DNA of 21,645 bases from a bacterium (lineage in GTDB: Bacteria; Bdellovibrionota_C; UBA2361; CALJRW01), in assembly GCA_031385045.1 (NCBI GenBank), contig JANNBC010000005.1, forward strand, positions 1-21,645, in the 5' to 3' direction. Positions within the stretch are counted from its first letter, which is position 1. Each line of letters starts with the position of its first letter. Positions 16,328-21,645 of the stretch are shown one piece after another. The notes beneath the pieces were generated by a model, which was not told the DNA's origin, ran no database searches, and saw nothing but the letters and a program-made list of their open reading frames with translations. The position numbers and the translations under genes were made by a program.

Positions 16328-17169
16328 ATGTAAAAGTTATCAAAAAATAAAACTATTGGCGTAGCCATTAACAAACCATCAATTCGATCTAAGATACCAC
16401 CATGTCCCGGAAGTAGTTGGGAGCTATCTTTAAACCCAGAATTTCGCTTCAGATAAGATTCAATTAGATCGCCAAAGATTGCAAATACTACCACCAATAC
16501 TGTCAGTAAGGTCTGTATTAGTAAATTATAGTTCGGATAAACATATTTAAGAAGAGCTACACCGACAATTGTAGAAAGCATCAAACCACCCCACATCCCA
16601 GCAACAGTTTTATTTGGAGAAATTGCTAAAGCAATGGGAGTCTTTCCATATTTTTTACCAATGAAGTAAGCTGAGGAGTCATTAAGAGCGACTACCAAGA
16701 TTAACCAAAGGATCAGCTTAATCTCCCGCATGACAATAATTAAATGTAGCAGACTGAGAAGTCCAAAAAGTACAATAAAAGCAGGAAACAAAAAACGATA
16801 CAGATTATTAGTTAGATATAAATTCTCGCGACCAATAACCATGCCATAACAACAGAAAAAGCCAGCCGTAAATAATAATACCATCTCCATAGGCAAATAG
16901 GCTTCAAAATAATAATTATTAATTAGCGTTGCAAACAAAGGTAGACTAAAGAAAAATAAGAATGTGTATTTGGATATAGTTCGATGGACAGCAGCGGAAC
17001 CTAGTTGCGCTAGCTCTGTAATGGCTAGAAAAGTAAAACCAGAAAAAGCTAAACAGGAAAGCAAAGGTAAATAGAGGATTTGTGTTTTTAACAAAAAGAG
17101 TAAAAACAGAAACACCACCACCATTACCGTAGCTGTTATAATTCGAGTTTTTAATTGAATCGTGATCAT
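16324..17169 (-). CDS. cdsA: Phosphatidate cytidylyltransferase
   Basis: DSSAYFIGKKYGK, ISPNKT, GDLIESYLKR..KDSSQLLPGHGGILDRIDG. Confidence 0.95.
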   Translation of the reverse strand: MITIQLKTRIITATVMVVVFLFLLFLLKTQILYLPLLSCLAFSGFTFLAITELAQLGSAAVHRTISKYTFLFFFSLPLFATLINNYYFEAYLPMEMVLLFTAGFFCCYGMVIGRENLYLTNNLYRFLFPAFIVLFGLLSLLHLIIVMREIKLILWLILVVALNDSSAYFIGKKYGKTPIALAISPNKTVAGMWGGLMLSTIVGVALLKYVYPNYNLLIQTLLTVLVVVFAIFGDLIESYLKRNSGFKDSSQLLPGHGGILDRIDGLLMATPIVLFFDNFYI

Positions 17170-17217
17170 GAAAATCCTAAGTAGCTAGTAAGCTGCGTGC
17201 CAACAAAAATGTCCTAA

Positions 17218-17943
17218 TCACTCAACCTTACCAAAACGTCTTTGACGCGTATTGTATTCTACAATACATCTTCGAAAAACATCAGGGGTAAAATCAGGCC
17301 ATAATTCCGGAACAAAGATGAACTCCGAGTATGATAATTGCCAAAGTAAGAAGTTGGATAACCTTTGCTCATTACTGGTTCTAATCAACATATCAGGATC
17401 TGGCCAATCTTTTGTGTAAAGCTCCTGAGAAATTAACTCTTCGTTAATATCTTCGGGGGTTACTTCACCATTCTGTGCTTTACTAGCAATCTTTTGAATA
17501 GTTGCCACAATCTCTTGGCGTGAACCATAAGAAAGTGCCAGTATTAATTCCATTTCCTTTAAGTCGCGAGTAGCCTCTTCGGATTTAGTAACAAGTTTTT
17601 GTAATTTTTCTGGCAGAGAACTTAAATCACCAATTGTTCGCAGACGAACACCTTGTTCAATAAAAGTCTTAATTTCAGAGCTAAGATAAAGCTCTAATAA
17701 TTTCATCAAAGCGGCGATTTCGATTGCCGGGCGATTCCAGTTCTCCGAGGAGAAAGTATAAAGTGTTAAATATTTAACTCCTAGTTCACGGGCTTCTTTG
17801 ACTAAAGCTTTTACCGCTTTAGCTCCTTGAGTATGTCCTTCGTAACGAGCAAGTCCTCGCTCCTTAGCCCAGCGACCATTGCCATCCATAATAATGGCGA
17901 TATGCTTGGGAATATTAGAAATTATTTCAGAGTTTGTTTGCAA
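17218..17943 (-). CDS. uppS: Undecaprenyl diphosphate synthase (isoprenyl transferase)
   Basis: PKHIAIIMDGNGRWA, YTFSSENWNRP, RTSNEQRLSNFLLWQ, RRFG; TTG start. Confidence 0.97.
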   Translation of the reverse strand: MQTNSEIISNIPKHIAIIMDGNGRWAKERGLARYEGHTQGAKAVKALVKEARELGVKYLTLYTFSSENWNRPAIEIAALMKLLELYLSSEIKTFIEQGVRLRTIGDLSSLPEKLQKLVTKSEEATRDLKEMELILALSYGSRQEIVATIQKIASKAQNGEVTPEDINEELISQELYTKDWPDPDMLIRTSNEQRLSNFLLWQLSYSEFIFVPELWPDFTPDVFRRCIVEYNTRQRRFGKVE

Positions 17944-18025
17944 AGAATTTTCTAGTAAATTTCAAAATAATTGCCAACTTCTTGCTAGAGATAAAACTAT
18001 TCTCCAGAAAGAATTTTTTTACGCC

Positions 18026-18580
18026 TTAGATCGCCATGATTTCGACTTCTTTCTCTTTCATCAATTGGTCAATATCCTTAATAAACTGATCGGTCAGTTT
18101 TTGAACTTCGTTTTCTCCACGCTTGCAATCATCTTCATTAATTGCCTTGAGTTCTTTTTGCTTTTTAAGTGCTTCATTAGCATCACGGCGAAAATTACGA
18201 ATAACTACCTTACTTTCTTCCGCTGTTTTTCCTAAGCCTTTTACAATATCCTTACGCCGCTCTTCTGTTAGGGCTGGAATTGGAACTCGAATCATACTCC
18301 CATCACGTGCTGGATTTAAACCAAGCCCTGCTTGTTGAATTGCTTTCTCCACAGCGTCTAAGGCGCTGGAATCATAAACTTGAACCGTAATCATTCTAGG
18401 TTCTGGAACGTTAATCAAACCTAACTGAATTAATGGAGTTTGCGAACCATAATAATCAACATAAATACCTTCTAACATTCCAGAGGTTGCCCGACCCGTT
18501 CGAACTTTTACAAGCTCATGTTTTAAATGTTCTAATGATTTTTTACAGCTTGCATGAAAAGCATCAATTATTGATTTCAT
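18026..18580 (-). CDS. frr: Ribosome recycling factor
   Basis: VRTGRA, VDYYG, GLNP..DG..IRVPIPALTEERRK; SD AGGAG. Confidence 0.98.
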   Translation of the reverse strand: MKSIIDAFHASCKKSLEHLKHELVKVRTGRATSGMLEGIYVDYYGSQTPLIQLGLINVPEPRMITVQVYDSSALDAVEKAIQQAGLGLNPARDGSMIRVPIPALTEERRKDIVKGLGKTAEESKVVIRNFRRDANEALKKQKELKAINEDDCKRGENEVQKLTDQFIKDIDQLMKEKEVEIMAI

Positions 18581-18655
18581 AATAACTCCTAAATATTCTC
18601 AGACAATTTTAGTTGCCATAAGATTTACTGAAAACTCTACCTTCACCAGTAAGAT

Positions 18656-19372
18656 TTAACTTACGTATGTCCCTACTTGTTCCCCGACTATCACAGCTTT
18701 TAGAGCTCCTTCTGATAGTACATTAAAAACAATAATTGGTAACTTATTATCCATACACAAAGAAATTGCTGTAGAATCCATGACCTTAAGTCCCTTCTGT
18801 AGGACTTCCATAAAACTCACACTTTGATAGGCGACAGCATCCGCGTGCTTCACTGGGTCTTTATCATAAATGGCATCGACCTTAGTGCCTTTTAATAAAA
18901 TTTCAGCACTCATCTCCATAGCTCTTAAGCTAGCAGCAGTATCGGTTGTAAAATAAGGATTTCCTGTACCAGAAGCAAAAATAATTACACGGTTTTTTTC
19001 CATGTGACGCATGGCTCGACGACGAATATAGGGCTCGGCAACTTCTGGCATATTAATTGCCGACATTACACGAGTATAAACTCCATTTTTTTCTAAGATA
19101 TCTTGCAAGGCGAGAGCATTAATGGCAGTGGCTAACATCCCCATGTAATCACCAGAGACTCGGTCTAAGCCTTTGGCTCCAGCTTGAACTCCGCGGAAGA
19201 TGTTTCCTCCACCGATGACGATACAAAGTTGTACGCCTAAATCAACAACACTTTTTATTTCTCGAACTAATTGGGTAATGACTTCGGAGGAAATTCCATG
19301 CCCATCAGTTCCCGCTAAAATTTCACCACTAAGTTTTAATAAAACACGACGATATTTTACGGGCTGATACAT
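18656..19372 (-). CDS. pyrH: UMP kinase
   Basis: [46 protein letters not shown]. Confidence 0.98.
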   Translation of the reverse strand: MYQPVKYRRVLLKLSGEILAGTDGHGISSEVITQLVREIKSVVDLGVQLCIVIGGGNIFRGVQAGAKGLDRVSGDYMGMLATAINALALQDILEKNGVYTRVMSAINMPEVAEPYIRRRAMRHMEKNRVIIFASGTGNPYFTTDTAASLRAMEMSAEILLKGTKVDAIYDKDPVKHADAVAYQSVSFMEVLQKGLKVMDSTAISLCMDNKLPIIVFNVLSEGALKAVIVGEQVGTYVS

Positions 19373-19448
19373 AGATTCTTATATAGTAAATTTCAAAAAT
19401 AATCACCGACAACAAGGCTACCTTATCGGTAAGTGAGAATATTGGATT

Positions 19449-19482
19449 CTTGTCCTCCGTAAGTAACTTAAGCGAAGGAGGA
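19449..19482 (+). repeat. REP-like mini-hairpin, copy 4, enclosed by a larger imperfect stem
   Basis: CTTG-TCCTCC-GTA-AGTAACTTAAGC-GAA-GGAGGA, flanked by TGAGAATATTGGAT (19434-19447) and ATCTAATTTCTCA (19484-19496). Confidence 0.6.
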
Positions 19483-19614
19483 GATCTAATTTCTCAGCAC
19501 AAGAACGACATTAATTGGACTCATGCCAAGCCTACAGCTTCAGAGAATGTTGCAAAACGCTTTATTTTTCAATAATTAATTTTGCAACAAACTAAGTAAA
19601 CAATTACTTGGAGA

Positions 19615-20271
19615 CTATGCCCCAGCAAGAGTTGCTTGAACTTCAGCAGCTAAGTCTGTAGCTTCTTTTTCGATCCCTTCTCCAACTTCAAACACAGAGA
19701 AACGACGAACTGTAACTTTTTCACCAACTTTAGCACTTAGATTTTCAACTAACTGAGTAATAGTTAGTTTGCCAGAATCATCTTTGATATATGGCTGATG
19801 AACTAAACAATTATCTTCATAAAACTTACGAAGTTTTCCAGTGATAATCTTCTCGGCCATTTCTTTTTGGTTCTCTTTCAAGCTATCCAAAACTAATTGT
19901 TTTTCTTTTTCAATGATCGCTTCTGGAATATCAGATTCTTGTAAGTAAGCTGGCTTCATTGCAGCAACGTGCATCGCAATACCTTTAGCACAGTCTTGGA
20001 ACTCATCTCCTCGAGCAACGAAATCTGTTTCACAGTTAAGCTCAACAATCGCAGCAATCTGCCCACCAGCATGTAGGTACATACCGATAAAACCTTCAGC
20101 AGCGACTTTGCCGGCACGCTTAGTTACACTTTTTAAGCCCATCTTACGAAGTGCTTCAATCGCTTTTTCTTGATCACCATTAGCTTCTTGCAATGCTTTT
20201 TTGCAATCCATCATTCCGGCACCAGTAATTTCTCTTAAATTTTTAACATCAGAGGCTTTAATTTCAGTCAT
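19615..20271 (-). CDS. tsf: Elongation factor Ts (short form, 218 aa)
   Basis: VKNLREITGAGMMDCKKAL, ELNCETDFVA, AMHVAA, VRRF..FEVGEG; SD AAGGAG. Confidence 0.98.
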   Translation of the reverse strand: MTEIKASDVKNLREITGAGMMDCKKALQEANGDQEKAIEALRKMGLKSVTKRAGKVAAEGFIGMYLHAGGQIAAIVELNCETDFVARGDEFQDCAKGIAMHVAAMKPAYLQESDIPEAIIEKEKQLVLDSLKENQKEMAEKIITGKLRKFYEDNCLVHQPYIKDDSGKLTITQLVENLSAKVGEKVTVRRFSVFEVGEGIEKEATDLAAEVQATLAGA

Positions 20272-20334
20272 TTTCTCTCCTTAATAATCCGTTAATTAGT
20301 TTTTTACTACTCAGAACTCAGTCTGAATATTTTG

Positions 20335-20358
20335 GAGACTGAGCGAATGCCCAGTCTC
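20335..20358 (-). promoter_or_regulatory. GC-rich hairpin in the rpsB-tsf spacer (stability/attenuator-like)
   Basis: mRNA GAGACUGGGC-AUUC-GCUCAGUCUC, 10 bp with one G-U pair that forms only on the minus strand; no U-tract follows. Confidence 0.55.
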
Positions 20359-20374
20359 ACTAGCACCTGTTTCT

Positions 20375-21211
20375 TTATGCTTGAGGTTGAATTTCAACAG
20401 CAACAAAACTGTCTTTCTTCGTAAACTCTGGCTTACCTTCTTGACCACGGGCCTTAGGGTTAAAGCTTAAACGTCCTAGAGCAATTTGATCAGCTACAGC
20501 ATTTGTAAACAATTCAATAGCCCGACGAGAATCGTCATTTGTTGGAATTGGGAAATCGATCAATGAAGGATCTGCGTTAGTATCAACAAGTGCAATAACA
20601 GGAACTCCTAGTTTTCGAGCTTCTTCTACTGCAATTGAGTCACGGCTAACATCAACAACAAATATAAAATCAGGAACACGTTTCATGTCACGAACACCTG
20701 CTAAGTTAACTGCAATCTTATCGATCTTACGAGTAATTTGTAGTTTTTCTTTTTTACCAATACGAATATCAGAACCTGGCTCGTCAGCTTTCTTTAGTAA
20801 TGTTTCTAATCGATCCATTTTAGAGATTGAACGACGGATTGTTTCAAAGTTTGTTAACGTTCCACCCAACCAACGGTTGTTGATGTAATAAGCTCCACAA
20901 CGAGTAGCAGCTTCTTGCACAGCACCACGAGCTTGCTCTTTAGTTCCAACAAACATAAATGTTGCACCACGAGAGGCAGCTTTCTTAATCATTGGAGCAG
21001 TCTTAGCCCAATAATTAACTGTTAAATCTAGATTGATTACGTGAACATCACCTTTCTTACCGTAGATGTAAGGTAACATTTTAGGATTCCAGCGATCTAC
21101 TTTATGTCCAAAGTGAGCACCAGACTCAAGCAGAGTTTCTAATGTTATTTCTACCGGAGCGTACTCTGGCTTTTCAGTAACAGCTTCAATTGTTTCGTTT
21201 GTTTCAGTCAT
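20375..21211 (-). CDS. rpsB: 30S ribosomal protein S2
   Basis: LLESGAHFGH..RWNPKM, FVGTK, RWLGGTLTNF, LVDTNADP..PIPTNDDS. Start reassigned to ATG at 21211 (SD AAGGA); the track start at 21310 lies within the promoter. Confidence 0.98.
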   Translation of the reverse strand: MTETNETIEAVTEKPEYAPVEITLETLLESGAHFGHKVDRWNPKMLPYIYGKKGDVHVINLDLTVNYWAKTAPMIKKAASRGATFMFVGTKEQARGAVQEAATRCGAYYINNRWLGGTLTNFETIRRSISKMDRLETLLKKADEPGSDIRIGKKEKLQITRKIDKIAVNLAGVRDMKRVPDFIFVVDVSRDSIAVEEARKLGVPVIALVDTNADPSLIDFPIPTNDDSRRAIELFTNAVADQIALGRLSFNPKARGQEGKPEFTKKDSFVAVEIQPQA

Positions 21212-21222
21212 TTTTTTCCTTA

Positions 21223-21289
21223 GTTTATTCCTCCCTTTCACATTGATACCCAAGAATTGGGCACAACTAAGTTGTTTGAAAGGTGTGTA
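21223..21289 (-). ncRNA. rpsB 5' leader, S2 autoregulatory (t44-like) structure
   Basis: Minus strand ACACA-CCUUUCA..ACAAC-UUA-GUUGU-GCCCAA-UUC-UUGGGU..UGAAAGG-GAGGAAUAAAC: closing 7-bp stem, two inner hairpins, and the CACAC...GUGC...GGAGG pattern of S2 leaders. Confidence 0.7.
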
Positions 21290-21300
21290 AATTTTGCTGA

Positions 21301-21329
21301 ATAATAGCAATTGCTTAGGTTTTTGGCAA
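21301..21329 (-). promoter_or_regulatory. rpsB operon sigma-70 promoter
   Basis: Minus strand TTGCCA-N17-TATTAT with extended TG, placed directly before the leader. Confidence 0.75.
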
Positions 21330-21645
21330 ATATACTAAGCGACATTGAAAATTACCGAAAAATACAAAGGCGCTTAGTATATCAAGTGCGAAGCACTTGA
21401 AGCGACCCTTGGGGGTCGCTAAAGTATTGAGCCTTATTTTATAAGGCTCAATACTGGGGAAGACAAATAGACTAAAACCCCAATGAACTAAAAATGCGAT
21501 CCGCATTTTTCCTAGCCGTTCGGTAAAACCTTGTATGTTGAAAAAGTTCTATTTATCTATAAATTTAGATAAACAAGTCCCTGGAGTAGTAGACCGAGAA
21601 AAACCTGTGTAAACGACACGACCATTAGATAGGTCACTACTCCAG
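21330..21645. repeat. Chain of inverted repeats/hairpins (structured ncRNA or MITE/REP cluster), runs to the window end
   Basis: Perfect stems at 21330-21382 (12 bp), 21382-21400 (8 bp), 21401-21420 (8 bp), 21423-21455 (15 bp), 21490-21510 (9 bp), 21552-21573 (8 bp) and 21581-21645 (10 bp). Confidence 0.8.

Noticed and set aside
19423..19430. ACCGATAA as a fourth sigma-28 -10 upstream of pyrH
   Set aside because: No -35-like tetramer at N15, and the sequence is explained as one arm of a local stem.
652..20888. Short overlapping ORFs in the track (652, 1468, 2902, 3605, 8166, 10791, 10804, 11238, 11476, 15594, 17879, 18123, 20685)
   Set aside because: All are antisense or out-of-frame shadows of well-supported genes with no recognisable motifs.
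21212..21310. 33-aa N-terminal extension of RpsB in the ORF track
   Set aside because: This interval holds the promoter -10 and the S2 leader RNA; ATG 21211 has an SD.
21315..21506. 63-aa ORF upstream of rpsB
   Set aside because: Runs through a chain of perfect hairpins and the rpsB promoter; no protein-like features.
21460..21590. Group I intron core (R-like CCAGGGACUU and S-like UUUUAGUCUA on the minus strand)
   Set aside because: P7 would be only 4 bp, P3/P4 elements could not be identified, and no interrupted host gene or tRNA half is visible. Needs a cmscan to exclude fully.

Overview
AT-rich bacterial chromosome segment with two parts. The left ~12 kb is accessory: an HUH/Y1 (RAYT-like) tyrosine transposase beside a 24-bp tandem repeat, a secreted DUF4394/Calx-beta/DUF11 protein, an apparently circularly permuted DHH-like protein, a DUF2079 membrane protein, an orphan ORF, an ArsR/MarR-like regulator divergent from sbtA-sbtB, an alternative sigma-70 factor with a perfect palindromic operator, and a 54-aa membrane protein missed by the ORF track. 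The right part is a minus-strand housekeeping cluster: rpsB-tsf-pyrH-frr-uppS-cdsA-rseP-tsaB (no dxr), then rho, a receiver-like ORF, a hypothetical, a Nudix hydrolase and srkA. Gene order and the short EF-Ts suggest a deltaproteobacteria/Bdellovibrionota-like host (inference only). The most unusual signals are non-coding: (i) a 344-bp MITE-like element (23-bp TIRs, TTAA ends) between tsaB and rho whose long internal hairpin is interrupted by three nested REP-like mini-hairpins; (ii) a fourth copy of that REP family (CYTG-stem-GTA/GAA) between tsf and pyrH, possibly linked to the RAYT; (iii) a dense chain of near-perfect hairpins upstream of the rpsB promoter that runs to the window end; (iv) several promoters that predict leaderless mRNAs. 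All calls are from visual motif recognition; no database searches or folding programs were run.
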